Below, one piece after another: positions 17,545-26,297 of a stretch of DNA of 64,000 bases; the first letter of the stretch is position 1; the number at the start of each line of letters is the position of its first letter. The notes under the pieces are model-generated. The model ran no database searches. It was not told the origin of the DNA and saw nothing but the letters and a program-made list of their open reading frames with translations. The translations under genes were made by a program, and so were the position numbers. This DNA comes from Candidatus Aminicenantes bacterium (GTDB taxonomy: Bacteria; Acidobacteriota; Aminicenantia; UBA2199). The stretch lies in NCBI GenBank assembly GCA_016934745.1, contig JAFGSF010000042.1, positions 1,202 to 65,201 on the forward strand. Reading direction: 5' to 3'.

Positions 17545-19614
17545 ATGAAAAAAAATGCCAGGTTGATCATGGTTATGGTGGGATTGTTCTGGACTGGCGC
17601 TCTAGGGGCCGAAGATGCCGCCACGCCGATATTTCAGGCCGCCGATCATCTTAAACAAGTCGCGATCGGTGCGCCGCAGGTCTCGCCTGACGGGCAGTGG
17701 ATCCTCTACTCGCTCTCCATGTACTGTGCCAAGGAAAAAAGCGAAACCAGCGATCTCTTCCTGCTTCCGTTCGCCGGCGGGTTGCCCCGGCAGTTGACCC
17801 ACTCAACTGCAGCCGAAAAAAGTTATTGTTGGAGTCCCGATTCCCGATCCATCGCCTTCTCAGCCAAACGAGACGGTGACGCCAAGAGTCAGATATACAT
17901 CCTCCCTTTGAACGGCGGTGAAGCCTGGCGACTGACCAGCCTGGCCGCTGGCGCTTCGGATCCTCTCTGGTCTCCGGATGGAAAAACACTGGCATTTTAC
18001 TCGGAAGTCGGCGAGCTGTACTCTCCTGAACAAAAGGAGGCTTTCGGTGCAGTTCGCTACGCCATGCATCCCCGTTATCACCATCTGGGCAAAGGATGGG
18101 ACAACGGTAAACGGCAGCGGATTTTCGTCATTCCGGCGCGGGGAGGAGCCGCACTGCAGTTGACCGGCGGTGCTTGCGCCGATGAAGGCGATCACTCGAT
18201 GGTTTGGCGCAATGATTCCAGGGTGCTGGCATTCGTTTCCAACCGCTCGCCTGAATGGTGGAACACGATCGACACCGACATCTACCAGGTGGACATTGCC
18301 GGCAAAGAGCTGAAACGCCTGACCCGTAACCCCGGTCCCGACCATAGCCCGATCTTCAGCCCGGACGGCAAGTGGCTTGCCTGGCGCGCCAGCTATGAAT
18401 ACAACTATGAAAGCGAGGACTACAAAATCCACGTTCAGCCCGTGGCCGGGGACGAATCCCACGTGCTGGCCGCCAAGCTCGACCGTGATGTCAATTTAAT
18501 TCAATGGGCGCCCGACAGCCGTGGACTCTATTTTACGGCTGGCAGCGAAGGTCGCTCCAATATCCAATACGTTTCCCTGGCTCGACCGGAGCGCTGGAGC
18601 GATATCACTCGTGGGCAAAACAATCTGTTTGGATGGAAAGTGGCTGGAAAACAGCGTTTTGCCATGATCCGTACTACCGATACCTGCCCCGGAGAGATAT
18701 ATACTTTCAACCAGGGGCGCTTTAAACGGTTGACCACGGCGGCCGAGGAACCGTTCAATGCGTATAAGCGGCTGCCCTCCGAGGAGATCTGGATCACCGC
18801 TGATGACGGCAGTCGGGTTCAGGGATGGCTAATCCGTCCGCTCGGCTATCGGGAAGGGCTGAAAACACCGCTGATCCTCAGCATTCACGGCGGGCCGCAC
18901 GGCATGTCGGCGCCGACATTCCGCTTCGACTTTCAACTTTACGCCCACCACGGCTTCGCCGTGCTCTATACCAACCCCCGCGGTTCCAATGGCTACGGAC
19001 AGAAATTCAAGGATGTTACTTTCGAGGACTGGGGCACCAAGCCCATGGCCGACCTGATGATGTTTGTCGACCTTGTGATCGGCAAGGGCATCGCCGATCC
19101 CTCCAAGCTGGCCGTTACCGGTGGTTCCTACGGCGGATTCATGACCAACTGGCTTATCACCCATAGCGGGCGCTTTGCCGTAGCCGTCAGCGTAGCCGGG
19201 CTCTATAATATGACCTCTTTCTGGGGCACTACAGACGAACAATTTTTCGCTGAAAAGGAAATGGCCGGCCTGCCCTGGCAAAAGCAGGATGTTTATATCC
19301 GTAACAGCCCCATCTGGAATAGCGAACGCTTGAAAACCCCGACCATGGTCATCCATGGCGCTAATGATTGGCGTGTGCGCCCCGAACAGGGCGAGCAACT
19401 CTTTTCCGCTCTGCAGAAGATGGGAGTTCCGAGCGTCTATGTTAATTTCCCGGAGGAGCAGCACGGCATCCGCGGCAAGATCAACCGCACACTCTACAAC
19501 CGGCTGCTGCTGGAATGGTTCGAGCACTGGCTGCTGGGCAAAGAGGTCAAGTTGGCCACCTATCTGCAGCCGATTCCCTATTCTTATCCGCCGCGCTCTG
19601 TGGAAAAGAAATAA
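17545..19614 (+). CDS. secreted S9 family serine peptidase (second copy; acylaminoacyl-peptidase/DPP type)
   Basis: AGGAGG RBS before ATG 17545. Signal peptide MKKNARLIMVMVGLFWTGALGA. GGSYGGFM, HGANDWRVRPEQ, EEQHGI. Confidence 0.9.
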   Translation: MKKNARLIMVMVGLFWTGALGAEDAATPIFQAADHLKQVAIGAPQVSPDGQWILYSLSMYCAKEKSETSDLFLLPFAGGLPRQLTHSTAAEKSYCWSPDSRSIAFSAKRDGDAKSQIYILPLNGGEAWRLTSLAAGASDPLWSPDGKTLAFYSEVGELYSPEQKEAFGAVRYAMHPRYHHLGKGWDNGKRQRIFVIPARGGAALQLTGGACADEGDHSMVWRNDSRVLAFVSNRSPEWWNTIDTDIYQVDIAGKELKRLTRNPGPDHSPIFSPDGKWLAWRASYEYNYESEDYKIHVQPVAGDESHVLAAKLDRDVNLIQWAPDSRGLYFTAGSEGRSNIQYVSLARPERWSDITRGQNNLFGWKVAGKQRFAMIRTTDTCPGEIYTFNQGRFKRLTTAAEEPFNAYKRLPSEEIWITADDGSRVQGWLIRPLGYREGLKTPLILSIHGGPHGMSAPTFRFDFQLYAHHGFAVLYTNPRGSNGYGQKFKDVTFEDWGTKPMADLMMFVDLVIGKGIADPSKLAVTGGSYGGFMTNWLITHSGRFAVAVSVAGLYNMTSFWGTTDEQFFAEKEMAGLPWQKQDVYIRNSPIWNSERLKTPTMVIHGANDWRVRPEQGEQLFSALQKMGVPSVYVNFPEEQHGIRGKINRTLYNRLLLEWFEHWLLGKEVKLATYLQPIPYSYPPRSVEKK

Positions 19615-19698
19615 AAAGGAAGATCAGCGATCGACTGTTATCCTGAACGCTGAATCGGACGAAACCGTGATTGTTCCGCTTGAATTTCAAAGAATCGC

Positions 19699-20457
19699 TT
19701 ATACTTTAAAAATAACGTTCAACTGGCAGAGGGTAATCTCGTCTTCGTTGTGCAGCTCGTGTTTCACCCCGGTCTGCAGCTTGCTGCCATTCAAGAAAGT
19801 GCCGTTGATCGCCCCCGGTTCCTCGGAAAGATAAAATTTCCCATCCTTGAACATGACTTGTGAATGCTTGCGCGAGATGTATTTTTCCTCGTCCTCATCG
19901 GTCAAATCGATGTCTGGAACGAACCCGGTGGTGTAATCGCGCCGGCCCAGGACTGTGTGGGTTTTGGTCAATTGCACGATGCGGTTCGAACGCTGGATGA
20001 TCAGATAGGCCTTGATATCCGGACTGATTTTTTCCGTGGTCTGATCCTCTTTTTTCACTTCCTTGTTTGCTGTTTTTTCCTTTGCAGCCGGGGAAGAAGC
20101 AGCCTGGGCCATTAAAATAGATTGAATTTTAATATGTTTTTCACTCAATTTTTTTAAAATTTTCAAGGCGATATCGGGCATTTGCTTGAGCATTTCGGTC
20201 AAGGAGACATAGGGGATCTTGATCATGTCCGCATCTTCAATGACTTCCACTGTGTAAATGGCATTCTGGTCGTTGTTCAGTGATTCCTCGCCAAAAAAAT
20301 CACCTTTGCCCAGGGTGGTCAGGATCTGATCGTTTTTATCGTTCTTAAGCTGGATTTTTCCTTTATTGATGATAAAAAAATCGGTTTGATTGTCCCCTTT
20401 CTGATAAATAATGTCGCCAGCCTTGTATTTGCTAATAAATTTTTTTAGTACGTCCAT
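19699..20457 (-). CDS. cyclic-nucleotide-binding domain / FHA domain fusion protein
   Basis: N-terminal cNMP-binding motifs FFIINKGKIQL...GKGDFFGEESL. C-terminal FHA motifs VLGRRD...DIDLT...ISRKHSQVMFKDGKFYLSEEPGAINGTFLNG. Confidence 0.85.
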   Translation of the reverse strand: MDVLKKFISKYKAGDIIYQKGDNQTDFFIINKGKIQLKNDKNDQILTTLGKGDFFGEESLNNDQNAIYTVEVIEDADMIKIPYVSLTEMLKQMPDIALKILKKLSEKHIKIQSILMAQAASSPAAKEKTANKEVKKEDQTTEKISPDIKAYLIIQRSNRIVQLTKTHTVLGRRDYTTGFVPDIDLTDEDEEKYISRKHSQVMFKDGKFYLSEEPGAINGTFLNGSKLQTGVKHELHNEDEITLCQLNVIFKV

Positions 20458-20530
20458 GTTTTTTAGGTTGAGTAAAATATTTTATAAAAGATATTGCCAT
20501 TTGTCAATTTTTATCTTTTCTAAATTTTCT
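20398..20530 (-). repeat. direct repeat copy A (5' 20 codons of the cNMP/FHA gene plus its promoter region)
   Basis: Aligns with 26238-26372. 51/60 nt are identical over the first 20 codons (hand count). The upstream region is collinear with small indels and includes an identical TTGACA-N17-TAAAAT layout. Confidence 0.75.
20479..20507 (-). promoter_or_regulatory. sigma70-type promoter of the cNMP/FHA gene (TTGACA-N17-TAAAAT)
   Basis: On the minus strand: TTGACA (20507-20502), 17-nt spacer, TAAAAT (20484-20479). The ATG at 20457 lies about 21 nt downstream of the -10, with no obvious SD. Confidence 0.55.
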
Positions 20531-20890
20531 TTTTCAGATTTTCATGAATAATGCACAATCCCCGACGGGAAAATACTTTTACTATGATTTCAGCCAATCC
20601 ATTTGTGTTGAAATCATCTAGTGAAAGGACATCAACTGAGCAAGTGGATGATTGGCGCTGTCGCTTATTGATATTTTTGAAAAAGTTCTTTAAAATAATA
20701 TCATGGAGAAAATTGATTTTCCTATCGTATCATCGAGACGCTGGTCGGCAAAATGGGAAACCGGTCCAGTGCTTTTTATCTGTCCGTCGTCCTGGGAATG
20801 ATCGACAAAAACCTAATCGATATCGCGGCCCCGTCCACTGCCCTGGCCGTGAATTTAACCCTGAACGAATCGGTTCTTCACCGGAGCTGA

Positions 20891-22291
20891 ATGGACCCGG
20901 CCGGCATAATGAGCTTCCCGGGTCAAAACCGCCGCCTGACGATCCTGGGCGGCGGCATGGCCGGGCTTTCCGTCGGCTACTATGCCGGGAAGGCCGGTCT
21001 TCCGTTCATGATCCTGGAAGCGCAGAACGAGCTCGGAGGAAATTGCCGAACGTTCCGCTATAATGGATTCGCCTTCGATGCGGGAGCGCACCGCTTCCAT
21101 GACAAGGACGCATTCCAGACCCGGGAGATCAGAGCCCTGCTGGGTGACGATATCCGCGAGGTCTGCGCACCGAGCCGGATCTATCACGACGGCGTCTTCA
21201 TCGATTTCCCGCTCTTGCTCCCCGATCTCCTTCGGAAGCTTGGCCTTCCCTTTTTTTTCAAAGCGGCGCTCGAAGTCCTGAAAGCCAGGCTGTCCCCCAG
21301 GATCCCGGACATGAATTTCGAGGAATTCGTCCTGCGCGCCTATGGGCGGACAATCGCCGGGATCTTCCTGCTCGGTTACACCGAAAAGCTCTGGGGCGTC
21401 CATCCCCGTTGCCTCTCGCCGCTTGTCCTGGGAGGGCGATTGCGGGGCTTGGACCTGGCCACTTTTCTCGGTGGGGGTCTCGGCATCTGCAAGCCGGGGG
21501 CAAAGCACCTGGACGGTTCTTTTTATTATCCGCGCCAGGGGATCCAGGACATCCCCGATGCTTTGGGGAATTTTTGCGGCCGCGACTGCATCCGGACCGA
21601 AGCGCGGATCAGCCGGGTCATGCATGATGGAAAGACGATCCAGGCCGTCGAGGTTAACGGCAGGGACCGGATCGAGACCGACCGGGTCATCACCACCCTA
21701 CCGCTCACGAGCTTTTTGGGATTGCTGGACCCGCCTCCTCCGCCTGAAGTCGCCCTCCTGGCCGGGGATCTGGCATACAGGGACCTCGTCCTCTGTGCGC
21801 TCTTCATAGACCGACCAAAGATATCGGACTGCGCTTCTTTCTATTTTCCTGACCGCGGGACGCCTTTCTCCCGGGTCTATGAGCCGAAAAACAGAAGTGC
21901 GGAGATGTCGCCTCCGGACAAAACCTCTTTGGTCGCGGAATTTCCCTGCGTTCAGAACGATGCGGTCTGGAACGCGGCCGACGCCGGGATCGCGGAGATG
22001 CTCGGGGCCGAATTCATCCGGATGGGGCTGCTTCGACCGGCAGACATCCTCGGTCATCAGGTGGTTAGAATGCGCCATGCCTACCCGGTGATCAGGAGGA
22101 ACATGGCCGATACCCTCGGACCGATCTTCCGCTACTTGGACGAGCTCGGGAACTTGCATGTCTGCGGCCGCGGCGCAAGTTTTGAATACATCCACATCCA
22201 TGACCTGATGCGCCGGGGCCATGACCTGATCGAGGATCTGCGCGGCGGCGGTAAAGGGGCGGCCTTAGGAAATCCCGGTCAGCTTCAGTAG
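20891..22291 (+). CDS. FAD-dependent oxidoreductase (amine-oxidase / UDP-galactopyranose-mutase-like fold)
   Basis: Dinucleotide-binding LTILGGGMAGLSVGYYA...LEAQNELGGNCRTF...FDAGAHRFH. High GC. The true start may be the internal Met 20909. Confidence 0.7.
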   Translation: MDPAGIMSFPGQNRRLTILGGGMAGLSVGYYAGKAGLPFMILEAQNELGGNCRTFRYNGFAFDAGAHRFHDKDAFQTREIRALLGDDIREVCAPSRIYHDGVFIDFPLLLPDLLRKLGLPFFFKAALEVLKARLSPRIPDMNFEEFVLRAYGRTIAGIFLLGYTEKLWGVHPRCLSPLVLGGRLRGLDLATFLGGGLGICKPGAKHLDGSFYYPRQGIQDIPDALGNFCGRDCIRTEARISRVMHDGKTIQAVEVNGRDRIETDRVITTLPLTSFLGLLDPPPPPEVALLAGDLAYRDLVLCALFIDRPKISDCASFYFPDRGTPFSRVYEPKNRSAEMSPPDKTSLVAEFPCVQNDAVWNAADAGIAEMLGAEFIRMGLLRPADILGHQVVRMRHAYPVIRRNMADTLGPIFRYLDELGNLHVCGRGASFEYIHIHDLMRRGHDLIEDLRGGGKGAALGNPGQLQ

Positions 22292-23650
22292 GCCCCGAAG
22301 ATTCGTCCGCCAATCCTCGATGTTCAAGCTTGCCAGGCGGCGGAGGATATAGGTCGGCCGGAAATAGAACGAGCGATAGGCTTTCTTCAGCATTCCCCGC
22401 AGCTCCGGGGTCGGGATGTCCGTGGCGTTCATCGAACAGGAATCCGATCGCAAATGCAACGCATCCCCTTCCCCCAGGAACCAGCCGTTCTCGGCAGCCA
22501 TACGATGGAGCTCCGTGCCCGGGAAAGGGGCGCAGCTCTGAAAATTCGCAAAGTCAGCCTTGATATCCTTGGCCAGGGCGATCGATCTCGCGATTGTCTC
22601 CCGGGTGTCGCCGGGATTGCCGATCATGATGTTGGCGACCGCCCGGATGCCGGCCTCCCGTGTCATCCGGAACGTCTCGATGACCTGGGGAATCGTGATG
22701 TTTTTCTTTAATGTATCGAGGATGTTTTGGTCTCCCGACTCGACTCCGTATTGGATGAGCCGGCATCCCGAGCGGCGCATTTCGCGGAGCAAGACCGGGT
22801 CCATGAGTCCGATGTGGCCATTGCACGTCCACGGGATCCTTTTCGGCTCCCGCATTAAAAGCTCGCAAAATTCCAGGACGCGCTCCCGGTCCAGGGTGAA
22901 ATCGCTTTCCTTGAACATGATTTCTTTGACCCCGAACTCGCCGACGAGAATCCGCCATTCCCTGATCATCCGCGGCGCGGAATAGGCCCGGTATTTCTTC
23001 CCGAGGACGATGCGACTGTCGCAAAAGATACAACGGAACGGGCAGCCCCGGCTCGTGAGCATCATCCCCAGCGGAGCATGGGCGGACTGTGGATTGGAAT
23101 AACGGCGGATGGGGAGAAGGTCATACGCGGGCAGAGGCAGCTCGTCGAGGTCCTTGATGAACGGTCGGGGGGCGTTGATGATGACCCGGCCATCCCTCTT
23201 GAAAGCGACACCGCTGACGTCGTCCGGGCTGCGCCCCTGCTCCAGCGCCCGGGCCAAATCGACGACTGTCCTTTCCCCTTCGCCGAAAACTACGAAATCA
23301 ACGGATTCCATCCCTGCCACGTCCCCGGGAAAAATGGTTGGGTGGACGCCGCCGAAGATGACCTTTGTCTCGGGACTCCGTTTCTTGATCGTTCGGGAGA
23401 TTTCCAGTCCGGTTTCGAACAGGGGTGTTGTCAGGCTGAGTCCGACGACGTCCGGAGGTTCCGAGGATAAAGCCCCTAAGATCTCCTCGTTCGGGTGTCG
23501 GGAGATATTCGCGTCCAGAATGCGGACCCGATTAAATCCGGCTTCCCTGAGGGCCGCGGCGATATAGGCCAGCCCCAACGGAGGCAACCGGATATCGGAA
23601 AAATAACTCTTTTCGAGCTTGGGATGGATGAGCAGTATTTTTAAATGCAT
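22265..23650 (-). CDS. B12-binding-domain radical SAM protein (class B rSAM)
   Basis: N-terminal B12-binding-like KILLIHPK...PPLGLAYIAAALREAGF..VRILD...VVGLS. Cluster motif LTSRGCPFRCIFCDS. The 3' end overlaps the convergent oxidoreductase gene by 27 nt. Confidence 0.85.
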   Translation of the reverse strand: MHLKILLIHPKLEKSYFSDIRLPPLGLAYIAAALREAGFNRVRILDANISRHPNEEILGALSSEPPDVVGLSLTTPLFETGLEISRTIKKRSPETKVIFGGVHPTIFPGDVAGMESVDFVVFGEGERTVVDLARALEQGRSPDDVSGVAFKRDGRVIINAPRPFIKDLDELPLPAYDLLPIRRYSNPQSAHAPLGMMLTSRGCPFRCIFCDSRIVLGKKYRAYSAPRMIREWRILVGEFGVKEIMFKESDFTLDRERVLEFCELLMREPKRIPWTCNGHIGLMDPVLLREMRRSGCRLIQYGVESGDQNILDTLKKNITIPQVIETFRMTREAGIRAVANIMIGNPGDTRETIARSIALAKDIKADFANFQSCAPFPGTELHRMAAENGWFLGEGDALHLRSDSCSMNATDIPTPELRGMLKKAYRSFYFRPTYILRRLASLNIEDWRTNLRGLLKLTGIS

Positions 23651-23712
23651 CGGTGCGGTACTATATACACCCGTTCTGGGCGAAAATCAAGGGTCCCCCT
23701 GCCTGCGACAGC

Positions 23713-26079
23713 TCATTTAACGGCGATCCTGACAAACACTCCAAGCGTCCTGTTGTCGGGGACGCGCCGGTCGAGGTGGTAGGGAACGAACGGCGAATGT
23801 TCCCGCACCCGGACCAAGTATAAATAGGCTCCCCGCCAGCGAAAGCCGCGAGGAGACTTGAAAACGACCCTATACTCAGGGGATCGTTCCGGATCATGCC
23901 GGACGCTCGCCCGAAACCGGTCAACCCGGATCTCCGCATGGCCCGGAGCGGCGCCAGCGAGCGATAGAGCGATCTCCGCAAGCCGCTTCGGAGACTGGAG
24001 CACGACGGAAGCCTCTGCCGTTCCCTTCGTCCAGAATCCGCCTTCCTCCAGACCGAACTGGTTTTCGTCTTGAAAATATAGGATATAGCCGCCGGCCTTG
24101 AAGGAAACCGGATTGACGAGGCGAACATGAAAGAACACGATGGCCAGAAAGAGAACGGAAGAAGCCAGGACGATGCCCACCCGACTGATCGAAGAAAAGG
24201 ACGGGACGGAGGTCTTGTTTCGGAGGCGGAGGATGACAACCGTGACGAGGAGAAGGGCCAAAACCCACCCCGCCAGGGGACCCATCTCCAACGCGCCCGA
24301 CGCCTTTAATGCGGGTGTCCACGTGTTCGGATCAAAGAAGAGATTTCCGGCCGCGGCCAGGAAGCGGCTTTCCGAAAGGATGTTGCCGGCTTTGGGATTG
24401 CTGTTGACATGGTAGAGGAGTTGAGGGACGGACAGGGAAAAACCGGCGATGAGGGCGCTCAGGCCGGCCAGCCCGGCTTTGATCACCGCCGCGAGCCGAC
24501 CGGTTGGCGCGGCCAGGGCACATGCGCAGAAGGCTCCTGGGATCCACATCAAGGGAAGCAGCGGTCGGCCCGGCGGGCAGTAACCTCCCAGATGGAAAGC
24601 GGCCGCCGCGGTGAACCAATAGGCCCCGAAAGCGATGACGAGTTCGACCCGGGCTGTCATCTTTCTTTTCCGCAGGATGAGGAAGCCGGCCACGACCAGC
24701 AAATAGAGCGGGGCATGGATGAATATCCCGTTCTTCTTCTCGAAAAACAAGCTCAGCGCGGCGCCGATGAAGGACGGGACATCGGTCGGCCTGAGCGGCC
24801 GAATCAAGTCCAGGCTGCTCGGGAGGTTTACGCCGGTATAGGCCGAAGCCGGGTTGACATGTCCATAACACGACCAGAGGAAAAGCAGAAACAAGCCCAT
24901 GGAAACGAGGGGAAAGAGGGTGAGTCGAACCACCTTCCCAAGATCAGCCGCCGGTTTTTTCAGGTAGGGACGTGCTCCAAGGACGAAGAAAACGGCCGAG
25001 AGCACGATGTATTTGATCCCGAACCAGGGAAGGAGGGCCAGCCCGAGCCCCGAGAAGAAAAGGATGTGCGGGCGGTCGTCCCGCTTGAAGATGAGATGCC
25101 TGAAAATGAGAAGGGTGATGAGCGCGACCGGGACTTCAGGGTAAATGAGCCCTGAGAAAAAGAGCATCGGGCCGGTGAACATGAAGGCAAGCCAGGAGAT
25201 GAGCGCCGCCGTGCGATTTCGGGTCAGGTCGAAAATGAAAAAGAAAAAAGCCATGCCCAGAAGTGCGGTCAGGATCATGATGGGAAGGCGGACCAGAAAG
25301 ACGAAGGCCTTGAGACCGCCGGCCTTCTCGCCCAGGGCGTAAAACGGGACGAGCAGAACCGAAAGTCCAGGAAGGTGGCGGGAATACTGATGATCGGGAC
25401 CGAGCCGGCCAGGATTGGCGTGGGATTCAAGCTCTCCGGGATAGAAGCGCAGATAATCCCTGTTCGCGTACTCGTCGGCAAGGTTGATGTCCCCATCGCC
25501 AAGGAGACTTTGTGTAATCAGGAGATAATGCGGTTCGTCCCCGGTCAGAGGATGTTGGGGAAAGACCAGGCCCGAAGCGAGAAACGTAAAAATGGTAAAA
25601 GATCCAAGACACAGCGCCAATCCGGTTCGCCGCGGAATGGGGCCTTCGGCGTTTCGGGAAATCTGCCCATCCCAAAAAAGAAAAAAGAGCAGCCCGGTCG
25701 AACCGGCCAGGGCCGTAGGCAGGAGATAACACCGGATATCTTTCAAGAACCAGAGCAACGACATGTGTTTTAAAAAAAGAAGACAGAGGGGGGATAATGC
25801 CAGAACGACCCTCGATTCGATTTTCCTCGGATTCTCTGCCGTTTGTTCAGTGAGGAGGCGCCTGCAGCCGCGGATGAATCCGGAAAGGGCCAACGCCGCC
25901 GCCGCCCAGGAGACGAATATCAGGAGATCTCCTGCGATAAACGCGCCCACGGCGGCCGATTCCAGGATAAAAAGGACCGTGGGCATTGCCGGGTTCGAGT
26001 TTCCTACCACCGGGGCGGCCACCGCATCCTTCTTCCGTAGGTCGCGGGATAAGGCTGGCCGGGGGCGGGAAGGAGTCAA
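23713..26079 (-). CDS. 788-aa polytopic membrane protein, GT-C-fold (ArnT/PMT-like) glycosyltransferase candidate with a C-terminal soluble domain
   Basis: More than 10 predicted TM helices. The first-loop acidic motif HPLTGDEPHYLLITQSLLGDGD resembles the DE.(H/R)(Y/F) loop motif of GT39/GT83 enzymes. About 150 aa of non-membrane C-terminus. Confidence 0.5.
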   Translation of the reverse strand: MTPSRPRPALSRDLRKKDAVAAPVVGNSNPAMPTVLFILESAAVGAFIAGDLLIFVSWAAAALALSGFIRGCRRLLTEQTAENPRKIESRVVLALSPLCLLFLKHMSLLWFLKDIRCYLLPTALAGSTGLLFFLFWDGQISRNAEGPIPRRTGLALCLGSFTIFTFLASGLVFPQHPLTGDEPHYLLITQSLLGDGDINLADEYANRDYLRFYPGELESHANPGRLGPDHQYSRHLPGLSVLLVPFYALGEKAGGLKAFVFLVRLPIMILTALLGMAFFFFIFDLTRNRTAALISWLAFMFTGPMLFFSGLIYPEVPVALITLLIFRHLIFKRDDRPHILFFSGLGLALLPWFGIKYIVLSAVFFVLGARPYLKKPAADLGKVVRLTLFPLVSMGLFLLFLWSCYGHVNPASAYTGVNLPSSLDLIRPLRPTDVPSFIGAALSLFFEKKNGIFIHAPLYLLVVAGFLILRKRKMTARVELVIAFGAYWFTAAAAFHLGGYCPPGRPLLPLMWIPGAFCACALAAPTGRLAAVIKAGLAGLSALIAGFSLSVPQLLYHVNSNPKAGNILSESRFLAAAGNLFFDPNTWTPALKASGALEMGPLAGWVLALLLVTVVILRLRNKTSVPSFSSISRVGIVLASSVLFLAIVFFHVRLVNPVSFKAGGYILYFQDENQFGLEEGGFWTKGTAEASVVLQSPKRLAEIALSLAGAAPGHAEIRVDRFRASVRHDPERSPEYRVVFKSPRGFRWRGAYLYLVRVREHSPFVPYHLDRRVPDNRTLGVFVRIAVK

Positions 26080-26195
26080 TGGCTAAACCCGGCCCCGTAC
26101 GATCCCGTGCCAACGATCCGGAGTTCCGTCCCGAAATTCGAGTCGGAATCGCGTGCCCCATTCGACCGTCCCGAATCCGGCGCTTGGCATCATCG

Positions 26196-26297
26196 CCTCG
26201 AGACAGGCTTCGTTCGTCGCTGCCGGAATCTCATCATTTTTTGAAAGATCCTGTCGCCAGCCTTGAATTTACTATTAAATTTTTTTTGTACGTCCAT
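26196..26297 (-). pseudogene. truncated remnant (33 codons) of a cNMP/FHA-type gene 5' end
   Basis: MDVQKKFNSKFKAGDRIFQK matches MDVLKKFISKYKAGDIIYQK of the 19699..20457 gene. It then diverges (MMRFRQRRTKPVSRR*) into high-GC DNA. Confidence 0.6.

Noticed and set aside
20551-21063. 170-aa ORF at the left border of the high-GC cassette, plus a 45-codon ORF (20753-20890) ending two nucleotides before the oxidoreductase ATG
   Set aside because: The 170-aa ORF is Arg/Pro-rich, crosses the GC step and overlaps the oxidoreductase N-terminus, so it is probably spurious. The 45-codon ORF (MGNRSSAFYLSVVLGMIDKNLIDIAAPSTALAVNLTLNESVLHRS) could be real or a gene fragment, but it has no RBS or recognisable motif.
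20855-26161. Numerous long ORFs on both strands inside the cassette (for example 20855..21625-, 21698..22222-, 22554..23033-, 23661..24239-, 24332..24871-, 24409..25155+)
   Set aside because: They overlap the three motif-supported genes in other frames. Their Arg/Gly/Pro-rich composition is typical of shadow ORFs in GC-rich DNA.
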